Source of the DNA: an uncultured delta proteobacterium
Lineage (GTDB): Bacteria; Desulfobacterota; Desulfomonilia; Desulfomonilales; Desulfomonilaceae
Length of the DNA stretch: 64,000 bases
Assembly (NCBI GenBank): GCA_963789265.1
Contig: CAWBKB010000007.1
Span: forward strand, 460,398-524,397
Reading direction: 5' to 3'
In this document: piece after piece, positions 1-10,017 of the stretch
How the letters are laid out: every line of letters starts with the position of its first letter
How positions within the stretch are numbered: the stretch's first letter is position 1
Notes under the pieces: model-generated
Databases searched by the model: none
Seen by the model: only the letters and a program-made list of their open reading frames with translations
Told to the model about the DNA's origin: nothing
Position numbers and translations under genes: made by a program

Positions 1-245
1 TGACTTTGACACCGCGTTATGTTAGCGTTATCACACAAAAAATATAGCCCCATTGCCTCTGGTCTTTCCTCCATGACTGTATCGAATATCATGGCTGGCT
101 CTCGCGGATTCGGCCCGAGTCGTGACGACCGGACCTCTCTTACCGGTCAATATCGAAGCCTGCTCCACGAGCCCCACAGACCTTTTCCCACAATGCCGGA
201 TTACCGACCGGATCAACGAATCTCCAAATCAGCGCAGGAATCGGC

Positions 246-1640
246 ATGGCCAAAGTCAAAGTAGACGCAAAGCAGGCCCTGGACGACATTCGAGCAGGGA
301 TGAGCGATTCTGACTTGATGGACAAGTACAAGATCTCAGCTAAAGGGCTCCAGAGCCTCTTCGATAAGTTGTTGACGGCCCGACTGGTCACTCAAGCAGA
401 ACTCGACGAAAGGGTGCTTTTGACTGAGAAGACTGTGGAGCTTACGATCTATAGATGTCCAGCCTGCGGTATGCCGCAGTTCATGGAATTTGACGAATGT
501 CCCCAGTGCGGAATCATAGTGTCCAAATTCAAGAAGAGACGTGCAGACCGCCCTTCCGAAGCGAAAGACAAAAGCGCTCATGGAGCCGAGTCTATCGGCG
601 CAGATGCCAAGGGACGGGAAGACGTCATATTTCGTTCCAATCTGCGGCGCACCGGCTTCTATGACACCAGGGGAGTCACCAAACTCACCCAACTGAAGTG
701 GAAGTTCAAGACAGGCGGATGGGTGTCTTCTTCCCCTGCTGTAGCGCAGGACGGGGTCTATTTTGGGAGTCTCGACGGCAGCTTTTATGCTGTAGATAAG
801 GAAACAGCCAAGGAGAAATGGAAGTTTAAGACGGGGGGCTCAATATACTCTTCCTGTGCAATAGTGGGATCGACAGTCTTTTTTGGCAGCCTCGACGGCG
901 CAGTATACGGTTTGGACCGCCTGAAGGGAGGTCCGCAATTCAAATTCGTGACCGCCGGACCGGTCTATTCTTCCCCGGCAGCAGCCGACGGATATGTCTA
1001 TTTTGGGAGTCTCGACGGCTATCTTTATGCTGTTGATCTCACGACACAAACCGAGCGGTGGAAGTTCAAGACCGGCGGGCCCGTATATTCCACGCCTGCA
1101 ATGGGCGAGGGGATTGTTTACTTTGGAAGCCTGGATGGGAATCTTTATGGTGTGGAGGTCCTTTCCGGCAAGCAAGTGTGGAAGTTCAAGACATCAGGAC
1201 CGGTATCAACCGCCGCGGCCATAGACAAGGGCACGGTATATTTTGGGAGTGGCGATCGAAGTCTCTATGCTGTTGACACGGGCACTGGCCAGGAAAAATG
1301 GCATTTCAGGGCTGGAGACAAGATATCGTCCTCGCCGGCGGTTGCGCATGGTGTCGTCTACTTCGGTAGCGCCGATCGGCGCGTATACGCGGTGGATCTT
1401 AAAACGTGCCTCGAAAAATGGAAGTTCGAAACAGGCGGTGCGGTCTATTCTTCCCCGACGGTCGCCGGTGCAATGGTATATTTTGGCAGCATAGACAGTA
1501 CCTTGTACGCATTGGACCTGAACGCGGGGCAGAAGATTTGGACGTTCAAGACCGAAAGCCCGGTGTATTCGTCGCCGGCGATAGCCGACGGCGTTATATA
1601 CTTCGGAAGCGATGACGGGCATTTGTACGCAATTCGGTGA
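246..1640 (+). CDS. PQQ-like (BamB-type) beta-propeller repeat protein with N-terminal helical module + CxxC..CxxC zinc ribbon
   Basis: About 8 repeats of 'WKFKTGGxVYSSPAVxxGxVYFGSxDGxLYAVD'; N-terminus has CPACG...CPQCG; no signal peptide. Confidence 0.85.
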   Translation: MAKVKVDAKQALDDIRAGMSDSDLMDKYKISAKGLQSLFDKLLTARLVTQAELDERVLLTEKTVELTIYRCPACGMPQFMEFDECPQCGIIVSKFKKRRADRPSEAKDKSAHGAESIGADAKGREDVIFRSNLRRTGFYDTRGVTKLTQLKWKFKTGGWVSSSPAVAQDGVYFGSLDGSFYAVDKETAKEKWKFKTGGSIYSSCAIVGSTVFFGSLDGAVYGLDRLKGGPQFKFVTAGPVYSSPAAADGYVYFGSLDGYLYAVDLTTQTERWKFKTGGPVYSTPAMGEGIVYFGSLDGNLYGVEVLSGKQVWKFKTSGPVSTAAAIDKGTVYFGSGDRSLYAVDTGTGQEKWHFRAGDKISSSPAVAHGVVYFGSADRRVYAVDLKTCLEKWKFETGGAVYSSPTVAGAMVYFGSIDSTLYALDLNAGQKIWTFKTESPVYSSPAIADGVIYFGSDDGHLYAIR

Positions 1641-1719
1641 AGCACGCTTCTTGCCGCAAACATTGACTATACTTACGCCAATTCAAAAATGTTGTGAGCG
1701 CTCACTGTGAACCTTGTAA

Positions 1720-1774
1720 CCGGCACAGAGGCCGGTCCTCCTATGATCCCGGTAGGACCGGCCTCTGTGCCGGT
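1720..1774. repeat. REP-like palindromic doublet (ccggcacagaggccgg family)
   Basis: accggcacagaggccggtcct...aggaccggcctctgtgccggt inverted repeat; sister copy at ~58002-58056. Confidence 0.7.
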
Positions 1775-2037
1775 TAAGCCTGACAGCCCGTGAACCCCTT
1801 TTCGCTGAATGGTTACGAAATATTATAGTGAGCTGCATCGAGATTCACTCTTTTCCTCAAACTTGAAGCAGGCGCATCATGCTGTATGTTATGTAAAGGC
1901 ACCGTATGCCGTGCCTGGGAGTGAATTGCTGTTTGCTGACAGTTCACTGCGGTATCGCTAACAGCGCGTTTGTCTGGAAGGCCAAACGGCCGCCAAAGCC
2001 TGCCATTGCAAGGGGGAGTAGTACTGAGGAACTTTGA

Positions 2038-2763
2038 ATGGAAAAAAGGAAGATTACGGCAAGAGAGGTGCTTAGAGATATCAGGTCCGGAGTAAACGAT
2101 CAGGAACTTATGAAGAAATACTCCCTATCGGCTCAAGGCATTCAGAGCGTTTTTAACAAAATGGTGAGCGCGCGAGTGATTACCCAGGCCGAGTTGGATG
2201 ACAGGATCCCTCTCACCGAAAGAACAGTGGACCTGGGGCTCTTTATATGCCCTGCGTGCGGGAACATTCAGGGGAAAGAATTTTCTGTGTGTCCTCGCTG
2301 CGGCTTTACAGCTCCCGGGAAGGCTAAAGCTGCTCAAGACAACCGAACAGGGATAAGCCGAGAAAAAAGCGCTTCCGCTCCGGTGCACCCTCAGAAAGCC
2401 GGTACCCAGGTCAGCCCGCGGGCCGTGCCTCTCCCCAAAATTGAGGAAGAGACGGAAGCAGAGAGGGCCGGGGACACGTTTTCGGACTTGAGAAAAACTC
2501 TGACCTATTGTCGGGTACTTGGAATCGCGGCTTTGGTCTCATACGTCTTAATCGTCGCAGGCATTTTCGTCATCCTCCCGGCGGGTCAACTTTCCGGTGG
2601 TTCATTCCTTCTTCAATCTTTGCTCTCCCTCGCAATGCTGGCCATTCCCGCAATAGCGTTCGCACTCATCGTATTGATGACATTGCGCACGCTGACCGAC
2701 GCGATGAAGATCTTCGCCAATGTGGCCGGTCCTATGATGCGGAAACGACCACCGCAGGGATAA
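2038..2763 (+). CDS. Membrane-anchored hypothetical protein with the same N-terminal helical + zinc-ribbon module as 246..1640
   Basis: N-terminal DIRSG..LMKKY.LSAQGIQSVF..TQAELDDR..CPACG..CPRCG; two C-terminal hydrophobic helices; GAGG RBS. Confidence 0.75.
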   Translation: MEKRKITAREVLRDIRSGVNDQELMKKYSLSAQGIQSVFNKMVSARVITQAELDDRIPLTERTVDLGLFICPACGNIQGKEFSVCPRCGFTAPGKAKAAQDNRTGISREKSASAPVHPQKAGTQVSPRAVPLPKIEEETEAERAGDTFSDLRKTLTYCRVLGIAALVSYVLIVAGIFVILPAGQLSGGSFLLQSLLSLAMLAIPAIAFALIVLMTLRTLTDAMKIFANVAGPMMRKRPPQG

Positions 2764-2792
2764 AGTCCACGACATTGTGTCCGCGGCCCGCT

Positions 2793-3326
2793 TCATGCGC
2801 CGTCCAATACGTGGTGTTCCTTCTCGATGAACCAGGATTCAGGATTGGTAAAATACAGTTTCAGGTCTTCCAGGGCCACAAAGTGTCTACGCTCTTCCGT
2901 TATCATGTGTTTCACGAAATCTTGTTCCAAAGGTTCGACGGCCTTTCTTAGCTGCTCTTCATAGAAGGTTATGGCACCCTGTTCCATTTGGACGCCTATT
3001 TCGAGTGCTTCGAGGTCGCCGGATTCCGCTTTCACTTTCGGTCCGAGCTCGGCGACTCTCTCTTTCATGAGCTTATTTAGATCTTCGTTCTCTACGCGGC
3101 ACGCCTTCCAGTCTTCGGACCAGGCCCTTTCTTTACGCATCTGTTCGCGGATCTGCTTCAAACGCTGGATATGAACCGCCTCTTCTGCCATCAGCGTGCG
3201 GAAAGTCTCTTTTCCGAGCTCATTAGTACACGTAGCTACCGCGTCCTTGTAAAAATCCCTCCCCTTCTCTTCCTTTTCAATTGCAGTGGCCAACATTTGT
3301 AGCGTCTTGTCGCACCAATCTTCCAT
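2793..3326 (-). CDS. Ferritin-like/rubrerythrin-family di-iron protein
   Basis: Two AIxxE...EExxH motifs (AIEKEEKG..EEAVH; QMEQGA..EERRH); GGAG RBS before ATG 3326. Confidence 0.85.
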   Translation of the reverse strand: MEDWCDKTLQMLATAIEKEEKGRDFYKDAVATCTNELGKETFRTLMAEEAVHIQRLKQIREQMRKERAWSEDWKACRVENEDLNKLMKERVAELGPKVKAESGDLEALEIGVQMEQGAITFYEEQLRKAVEPLEQDFVKHMITEERRHFVALEDLKLYFTNPESWFIEKEHHVLDGA

Positions 3327-3429
3327 TTTCCGGTCTCCTTGCATTAAGTTGATTGATTGTCACATACTATCGGCACAAAGCCCCAATGCCCGTTCGCAGT
3401 CAAAGAAATGACAATCTTGGCAAAGGCGC

Positions 3430-3484
3430 GGTGGAACAGGCTTCCAGCCTGTGGCTGACGGACGGGCAGGATGCCCATCCCCAC
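3430..3484. repeat. REP-like palindrome (gtgg.acaggc..../gac.ggcaagatgcc family)
   Basis: Related copies at ~15660-15748, 16262-16318, 23128-23152, 26888-26960, 40023-40050, 49831-49887. Confidence 0.7.
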
Positions 3485-3844
3485 TGCAACCCCGCGTTTC
3501 GTGCGGGGCGTCCCCACCAAATCATTTTCATTCCGGGATTACTTTTGGGAATCACTATATATCCCGCTTTCCCAGCAAAAACGGACAATCCGCCGGAAAC
3601 AGGGCCTGACCTATTTAAGAGCACATAAGCATCAATTGTTTTCTGATTCCCAGTCCCGCGAGACGCGGGATTGGGAACCAGAACTCTAACGACTTTCGTG
3701 TCACGATCTCGACCCGGTCCGCACTGTTGAAACAGCCTCCACGCTGCGCCCAGGGCACCGCATCCGGTGCCCCTACCGCCGCTGGATTCGCGAGATTGAT
3801 ATCTTTATACCGTGACGGAAACCTCGTATCAATTTTTGTTCCGG

Positions 3845-4363
3845 CTATTTCGCAGTCAGTTCCGCCGGCATAGTAAAGACCCGCGTTGCCAGTTCCGCAT
3901 CTATCATGAAAAGTGCAGCCCCCTGGTTCCCTGCAAGTTTTAGCTTCTGAACTACCGCATCCGCGGAAGCTTCTTCTTCCACCTGCTCGGTGACAAACCA
4001 CTGCAAAAAAGTGCCGGCAGCGTGATCCTTTTCCAGCAATGCGAGGTCCACGAGATTGTTTATCAGACCTGTTACCTTTTGTTCGTGCAGATACGCATCC
4101 TCGAATGCGCTCAAAGGCGAATCCCATTTGGTAGGAGGTCCCTCTACCGGCGACAGAACCACCCTGCCGCCGCGATCGTTGATGAAATTATAGAACTTCA
4201 TTACGTGGACCATTTCTTCCTGAGCCTGGCAACGCATCCAGTTCGCAAAACCCTTCAGATTGATCGCTTCGAAATAAGCCGACATGGAGAGGTAAAGGTA
4301 AGCTGAATAAAGCTCGGCGTTGAGCTGGCCGTTAAATGCATCTTGAACATCCTGGCTGATCAT
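3845..4363 (-). CDS. ftnA: Non-heme ferritin
   Basis: ELYSAYLYLSM, QAQEEMVH, FLQWFVTEQVEEE ferroxidase motifs; AAGGAGG RBS. Confidence 0.95.
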   Translation of the reverse strand: MISQDVQDAFNGQLNAELYSAYLYLSMSAYFEAINLKGFANWMRCQAQEEMVHVMKFYNFINDRGGRVVLSPVEGPPTKWDSPLSAFEDAYLHEQKVTGLINNLVDLALLEKDHAAGTFLQWFVTEQVEEEASADAVVQKLKLAGNQGAALFMIDAELATRVFTMPAELTAK

Positions 4364-4474
4364 CTTGGCGCCTCCTTATATAGCCTCTGTGTGCTTTAGG
4401 GTATACATTTCCGTCGATGTTCGCAACCTGGTACGCGAACCGACTGGGGGCACCGGGCACGGCCCTTGGATAGG

Positions 4475-7400
4475 TTATGATTGTGCGGACTTCTCCCGAG
4501 TCTTCCTGCCGTAGATCAAATAATAAATTATAGGTACAACAAGTAAAGTGAAGGCTGTTGAAGCAAAAATACCGAAAATAAAGGACCACGCCAAACCTGA
4601 AAAGACCGGGTCTAAAGTGATGATCCAAGATCCGAAAATAGCCGCGCCCACGGTGAGCAGGATTGGGGTGAACCTGACCGCGCCGGATTCAACGATCGCA
4701 TCTTTGAGGTTCTCACCCGCGCGAGTTCGGATATGGATAAAATCTATTAGTATTATGGAATTTCTCACCACAATGCCGGCGAGAGCTATCATCCCGATCA
4801 TCCCGGTGGCCGTGAAGAAGATCGAATTCCGATAATGACCTATGGTCTGGGCAAACAATGCGTTGAGCAGGGCAAAGCCGGGCATGATGCCGATCATGGT
4901 CAGAGGAATAGCCACCATGATGACCAACGGAATGGCAAAAGACTCGGTCTGCTGCACCAGTAGTATATAGATAAGTATAAGGGCCCCGGCAAATGCGAGA
5001 CCAAGGTCTCGGAAGACTTCAAGAGTGATCTTCCATTCCCCCTCCCCTGCCCAGTTCACTCTGAAGCCTTCGCGCAGAGGGTGCTTTCGCATTGACTCTT
5101 GTAGATCGAATATCGCATTCACGGGGCTGCGGCCGGCCATCTCGCCCGTCACAAAAACCAACCGCTCCATATTCTTGCGGTATATGGTCTGGTCTATGAC
5201 GGTCTCCTTGAGTTGGCCAAGTTCGTTGAATGGAACCATCGAGCCGTCGGGTGCTTTGATTCTTATCGGCCCCATGTCTTCGGGGCGGGATCTCAACGAT
5301 CTCGGAAGCCGCAGGTTCACCTCGAGTGGGGATCGCTCGGTACCCTGATGAACAATCGTCGGAGATTCTCCGCCCAGAAATATCTTTGCCGACTTGGCTA
5401 TGTCCTCGACAGTGATCCCGTGCAGGCCGGCCTTCACGCGGTCAACGATGAAATTGTACTGAACCTGCGGCGCGTCAACGGAATCATCCACGTCCACAAC
5501 CTTCGGTGTACGTTCCATTGCTCGCCGGACCTTGTGAGATTCGGCTATAATATCTTTGTAAGAAGCGCTGGGCGGTCCGTATACCTCGCCAACAACCGTC
5601 GAAAAAACCGGTGGACCGGGGGGCACCTCCACAATCTTCACATTGGCTCCGTACTTTTGCCCGATCTTCTGAATATCGGGTCTGATTCTCAGGACGAGCG
5701 CATGGCTTTGAAATCCCCGGTCGTACTTTTCAAGGAGGTTCACGCGCAGATCTGCCAGGTTACTCCCCTTGCGCAGGTAGTATTGCCGCACCATCCCATT
5801 GAAATCTATGGGAGAAGCTATCCCCACGTAGGATTCCAGGTCTCGAACTTCATTCACCGTCGACAAATAGCGCTCCAGGGCAGTCGCTACTTCGTCCGTT
5901 CGTTCCAGAGTGGTTCCTTTCGGCATATCCACGAGCATCAGGAACTCATTCTTGTTATCAAACGGCAGCATCTTAACCGGGACCAACTTCAAAACCACGA
6001 GAGACACGGAGAGCATCAGGGCAACCACAACGCCGCCCAGAAAGAGATAGCTCTTTCTGCGGCTCTCCAAAAACGGAGTAATAATTCTGCGGTATATGCG
6101 ATAGACACCTCCTTCCTTGAAATCGTAGGGCTTCTCTACTTTGTCGTACTCCTTCTTAAGCGCGTGGTAAGTAGTCCACGGAGTGACCGTGAACGCGATA
6201 GCCAGAGACATAAGCATCGCGATAGGCACGTTCAGAGCCATAGGACGCATGTAAGGCCCCATCATGCCCGTAATGAAAAAGAGAGGGACAAACGAAGCTA
6301 TAACAGCCAGAGTAGCCAGTATGGTTGGGGGCCGCACTTCGTCGACAGCCAGCAGAGTCGAATCCAGAGGCGGATGCTTTTTGAGCCTGAAATGGCGGTG
6401 GATGTTTTCCACATCCACAATGGGGTCATCTACGAGCAGCCCGAGGGACAAAATCAGGGCGAACAGGGTGACACGATTTATCGTGTATCCCACGAGCAGG
6501 TTTGCAAGGAGCGTGACGGACAAAGTCATGGGCACGGCAAGGGCAACAATCAACGCCTCGCGCCAACCCAAAATAACCGTGAGAAGAGCCACTATGCTGA
6601 GGACGGCAATCCCCAGGTGCTTGACCAACTCATTGACTTTCTCGTCGGCTGTCTTGCCGTAATTTCTCGTGACCAGAACCCCTATGTCGGACGGAATCAC
6701 GGTTTTTTGGAGTTCTTTTACCTTCTCGATCAAACCTTCGGCCACTCGGACCGCATTGGTCCCCTTCCTCTTGGCAACCGCGATGGTGACCTGGTTATAA
6801 GGCTTGCCCTGTTCTTCCTTGATCTTCTTTGTATCCGGGTCGCGAATCGCACCGGGGCCGAATGTGAGCCGAGTGTAAGACGAAATCTCTTCAGGTCCGT
6901 CGACAATCCGAGCAACATCGCGCAAGTACACCGGCTTGCCGTCGTGGACACCTAAGACAAGCCCTCTTATCTCTTCGGGTCTCTTGATGAACGGGCCGGA
7001 ATCAACAACAATCTCCTGGTTCATGCGGTCCATGGTTCCCGCCCGGAGATTGACGTTGGCTCCCTTCAGGGCGCGCTCGATGTCGAGTACGGACACCTGC
7101 CGGGAGGCCATCTTTTCGGGCTGCAGAAGCAACCTTATCTGGCGCGTGCGCCCCCCCACGACGTATGCTCGACCGGTATCCTGAATTCTCTGCATCCGGT
7201 GGAGTATCTCGTCGGCCACACGTCTCAGTTCGAAATCAGAATACAACGAGCTGTATAGCGAGAAGGTCACGATTGGGACGTCGTCGATCTCGACGGGTCT
7301 GACGACCCAGCCGGTGACACCCGGCGGAACCTGGTCCACGTAAGACATAATCTTGCTATGGACCTTGAGGATGCTCTGCTCCAGGTTCTGCCCCACGTAA

Positions 7401-7717
7401 AAACGCACTGTGACAACAGCGGAACCAGGGTGGGAAGATGAATAGATGTACTCCACCCCGTCGATCTCCCACAACTTGCGCTCAAGATTTATGGTTACGA
7501 GATTCTCTACCTCCTGAGCGGAAGCGCCCGGAAAGTTGATCATCACGTCCACCACCGGGACTACGATTTGGGGCTCTTCTTCACGAGGGGTGAGCGTCAG
7601 GGCCGCCGCCCCGGCCAACAGAGAAGCGATGATGAAAATGATCGGGAGCTTGGAAAGCAGAAAGGCTTCCACGATCCTGCCGGTAATTCCCAAATTGTAT
7701 TTCTTGGAAAGGCTCAT
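4475..7717 (-). CDS. RND efflux transporter permease (AcrB/AcrD/AcrF family)
   Basis: 1080 aa; PREEEPQI, GLLVDDPIVDVENI, GIVVRNSIILIDF, RFTPILLT motifs. Confidence 0.92.
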   Translation of the reverse strand: MSLSKKYNLGITGRIVEAFLLSKLPIIFIIASLLAGAAALTLTPREEEPQIVVPVVDVMINFPGASAQEVENLVTINLERKLWEIDGVEYIYSSSHPGSAVVTVRFYVGQNLEQSILKVHSKIMSYVDQVPPGVTGWVVRPVEIDDVPIVTFSLYSSLYSDFELRRVADEILHRMQRIQDTGRAYVVGGRTRQIRLLLQPEKMASRQVSVLDIERALKGANVNLRAGTMDRMNQEIVVDSGPFIKRPEEIRGLVLGVHDGKPVYLRDVARIVDGPEEISSYTRLTFGPGAIRDPDTKKIKEEQGKPYNQVTIAVAKRKGTNAVRVAEGLIEKVKELQKTVIPSDIGVLVTRNYGKTADEKVNELVKHLGIAVLSIVALLTVILGWREALIVALAVPMTLSVTLLANLLVGYTINRVTLFALILSLGLLVDDPIVDVENIHRHFRLKKHPPLDSTLLAVDEVRPPTILATLAVIASFVPLFFITGMMGPYMRPMALNVPIAMLMSLAIAFTVTPWTTYHALKKEYDKVEKPYDFKEGGVYRIYRRIITPFLESRRKSYLFLGGVVVALMLSVSLVVLKLVPVKMLPFDNKNEFLMLVDMPKGTTLERTDEVATALERYLSTVNEVRDLESYVGIASPIDFNGMVRQYYLRKGSNLADLRVNLLEKYDRGFQSHALVLRIRPDIQKIGQKYGANVKIVEVPPGPPVFSTVVGEVYGPPSASYKDIIAESHKVRRAMERTPKVVDVDDSVDAPQVQYNFIVDRVKAGLHGITVEDIAKSAKIFLGGESPTIVHQGTERSPLEVNLRLPRSLRSRPEDMGPIRIKAPDGSMVPFNELGQLKETVIDQTIYRKNMERLVFVTGEMAGRSPVNAIFDLQESMRKHPLREGFRVNWAGEGEWKITLEVFRDLGLAFAGALILIYILLVQQTESFAIPLVIMVAIPLTMIGIMPGFALLNALFAQTIGHYRNSIFFTATGMIGMIALAGIVVRNSIILIDFIHIRTRAGENLKDAIVESGAVRFTPILLTVGAAIFGSWIITLDPVFSGLAWSFIFGIFASTAFTLLVVPIIYYLIYGRKTREKSAQS

Positions 7718-8037
7718 GAGCGTAAGTTGTTGATGTCTATGATGTAGAGGTTCGCTATGTCAACCGCCTTCGGGATGCAACTGCGCTACCCTCTTCACCC
7801 GGCCACACATTCCTCCGGCTGAACAAGGCACCGGAATTGAACAGACAGCGCAAGGTTATTAGAATAGCATTACGAGGGGGCCGACTTCGAACGAATTTTG
7901 TTTCTTGTAACCGGCAATAAGCATCATTAAGTTTTGAATTGCGAAAGCCTACCATTGAGGTCACGCTGCGTCAATTAAACATTGCAAAAAGCCTGTCTTG
8001 ACACCGGCCACCCTAATCTGTTAATGACTTATACTTC

Positions 8038-8274
8038 GTGAAGAAGACTAGCACAACCTGGAAACTGGTGGGTGACGCCCTGCAATTGGGTGCGTCAATA
8101 GTCTTCGCCATATTTATTGGCTTCGGGCTGGGACTCTGGCTTGACAGCAGACTTGGCTCTTCTCCTTATCTGACCATCATTTTTTTCTTTTTCGGAGTGG
8201 CTGCAGCAGGCAAGCTTGTCTGGACTGAGGTTCGGAAGCAGTTGCAGGCTGATGAGGACAAGAAGTCGAAATGA
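8038..8274 (+). CDS. AtpZ/AtpI-family small membrane protein
   Basis: GxxLGxWLDxxLGSSPYLTIIFFFFG motif; first gene of the F0 operon. Confidence 0.85.
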   Translation: MKKTSTTWKLVGDALQLGASIVFAIFIGFGLGLWLDSRLGSSPYLTIIFFFFGVAAAGKLVWTEVRKQLQADEDKKSK

Positions 8275-8654
8275 ACTTCGAGAAGATTCCGGGAATATGG
8301 TTCGTCCTTTCAGGGTTGGTTTACCTCATTGGTCTCCTTGCCTGTATTGCCTCGGCTCCCCGTGACTTTGCGCTTGGATTTGCCGCGGGTGGGGCTCTCG
8401 TCCTCGGCAATGCATGGGTTTCGGCGCGAAGAGTCAAGAAAGCCGGATTCCTGGACAAGAACGGCGTAATGGCGGTGCTGCTCGGAGGCTTTTACGCGCG
8501 GTTGATTTTGCTGGGCATTTGTTTGTACGGATTGATCAAGTTTTTCCAAGTAGACCCTGTGGGTCTGATAATCGGCCTGTCGGTAGTCCCTGCGGGACTC
8601 TTTGTCATGCTGGCTCTGATTTACATTGCGAACAGAAGGCCAGAGGAGGTCTGA
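8271..8654 (+). CDS. atpI: ATP synthase protein I
   Basis: 4 TM segments, immediately upstream of atpB. Confidence 0.8.
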   Translation: MNFEKIPGIWFVLSGLVYLIGLLACIASAPRDFALGFAAGGALVLGNAWVSARRVKKAGFLDKNGVMAVLLGGFYARLILLGICLYGLIKFFQVDPVGLIIGLSVVPAGLFVMLALIYIANRRPEEV

Positions 8655-8657
8655 TAC

Positions 8658-9380
8658 ATGGCTGCGGATATTCATCCACCCAACTTGAGCGACATTATTG
8701 CGATCCCCGCGTACCACTCGATGGAGCCTTTCTGGCAAAAATGGGGGATACAGCATTCGGACTTGAACAACGTCCTCAATACCTGGATCGTCATGATCAT
8801 TTTGATCGTGGCCGCGGTTCTGGTGAAGAACAGATTACAGATGGTTCCTAAGGGTTCCCAAAACTTCTGGGAAGTGGTCGTGTCAACGCTGGAAGACATT
8901 GTGGTCGAGACCATGGGAGAGCAAGGCCGGCCTTACTTTGCCCTGGTTGCGTCGCTGGGGCTTTTTATTCTTATGTGCAACCTGATTGGGATCATACCCG
9001 GGTTTGACTCATCTACGAACAATTTGAATACTACGCTGGCGCTGGCGCTGGTATCGTTTGTCACAACCCACTTTGTGGGTATCAGGACTCACGGCGTGAA
9101 ATATGTGAAACACTTTTTAGGGCCGGTACCCTGGCTCATTCCACTTATGTTGCCAATAGAGATCATCGGGCACCTCAGCCGCATACTCTCGTTAAGCTTC
9201 CGTCTGTTCGGGAATATTATGGGAGAGGATCTGGCAGTTATCATACTTACTCTCCTCGTGCCGTACCTAGTTCCATTGCCAATGATATTATTGATGGTGT
9301 TCACCTCTTTCATTCAGACCCTCGTCTTCATCATGCTGACCATGATGTACATCGTTGGATCTCTTGAAGAGGCTCACTGA
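8658..9380 (+). CDS. atpB: F0F1 ATP synthase subunit a
   Basis: [19 protein letters not shown] (conserved Arg), IQTLVF. Confidence 0.97.
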   Translation: MAADIHPPNLSDIIAIPAYHSMEPFWQKWGIQHSDLNNVLNTWIVMIILIVAAVLVKNRLQMVPKGSQNFWEVVVSTLEDIVVETMGEQGRPYFALVASLGLFILMCNLIGIIPGFDSSTNNLNTTLALALVSFVTTHFVGIRTHGVKYVKHFLGPVPWLIPLMLPIEIIGHLSRILSLSFRLFGNIMGEDLAVIILTLLVPYLVPLPMILLMVFTSFIQTLVFIMLTMMYIVGSLEEAH

Positions 9381-9406
9381 TACCAGATCAAGGAGGTCTC
9401 AGATCC

Positions 9407-9739
9407 ATGAAGAGAGCATTTATCGCCGGACTGATCATGCTGGCCATCACCCTGTTCGCGGGGTTGGCCTTCGCAGCGGAAATTAACACAACCAACGCAG
9501 GAGTCTTCCAGTGGACCATGCTCGCAGCAGGGCTGGCCATCGGACTCGGGGCCATCGGTAGCGGCATCGGAATGGGAACCGCTATCGGAGGCGCCTGCGA
9601 AGGAACCTCAAGGAACCCGGAGGCGGGTGGTCGAATCCTTACAACCATGATCATCGGTCTGGCTATGATCGAATCTCTCACCATTTACGCGCTGGTTGTA
9701 GCGCTCATCCTGCTGTTCGGTAACCCCTACCTGAAGTAG
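9407..9739 (+). CDS. atpE: F0F1 ATP synthase subunit c with N-terminal signal-like extension
   Basis: GxGxGxG, SRNPEA loop, IESLTIY ion-binding Glu; AAGGAGG RBS. Confidence 0.96.
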   Translation: MKRAFIAGLIMLAITLFAGLAFAAEINTTNAGVFQWTMLAAGLAIGLGAIGSGIGMGTAIGGACEGTSRNPEAGGRILTTMIIGLAMIESLTIYALVVALILLFGNPYLK

Positions 9740-9764
9740 AATTTTCACCGCTGAATAGCTTTAC

Positions 9765-9796
9765 TCCCTCTGCCCGGCCGTTACCGGGCGGAGGGA
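9765..9796 (+). terminator. GC-rich hairpin after atpE, probable terminator
   Basis: tccctctgcccgg-ccgtta-ccgggcggaggga; weak U-tract. Confidence 0.5.
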
Positions 9797-9829
9797 TTCC
9801 CTCAACAGCATGAATCCGCCGCTCAGAGA

Positions 9830-9857
9830 TTGACTTTGCCGGGGATTCTGGTACTAT
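9830..9857 (+). promoter_or_regulatory. Sigma-70-type promoter (extended -10)
   Basis: TTGACT (9830-35) - 16 nt - TACTAT (9852-57), with a TG extended -10 motif. Confidence 0.6.
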
Positions 9858-9858
9858 T

Positions 9859-10017
9859 CCCTTGTGTTGTGGCCGACGGTTAGAACCGATCGAGCTGCAA
9901 TCCCGACGTTTACTAGAGCGCTGAAACTGGGCCGATACTGGCGCTTCATCAAAGGAGTGGCCGTGAAGTTTACTGATGTCGGTAAGCCGAAAGGACTTGC
10001 GGGTCCCATACAAAGGG
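9859..10017 (+). ncRNA. Candidate structured RNA of unknown family
   Basis: Several nested complementary segments, a GAAA tetraloop and an upstream promoter; folded by eye only. Confidence 0.4.

Noticed and set aside
700..1640. Regular ~120-bp repeats (tggaagttcaagac...) that could mimic a CRISPR array
   Set aside because: They are in-frame beta-propeller blade repeats; no CRISPR array or cas genes seen in the window.
5213..6955. 580-aa ORF on the + strand
   Set aside because: Antisense shadow of the RND permease; no recognisable motifs.
9540..9700. Na+-coupled c subunit (ES..Y motif)
   Set aside because: The helix-1 polar ligand is Met (GIGMG), so the Na+ signature is incomplete; ion specificity cannot be called.
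9916..9945. AGCGCTGAAACT resembling the glmS ribozyme 5' core
   Set aside because: The downstream GACGAGG core is absent and there is no glmS gene; kept only as part of the unknown RNA candidate.
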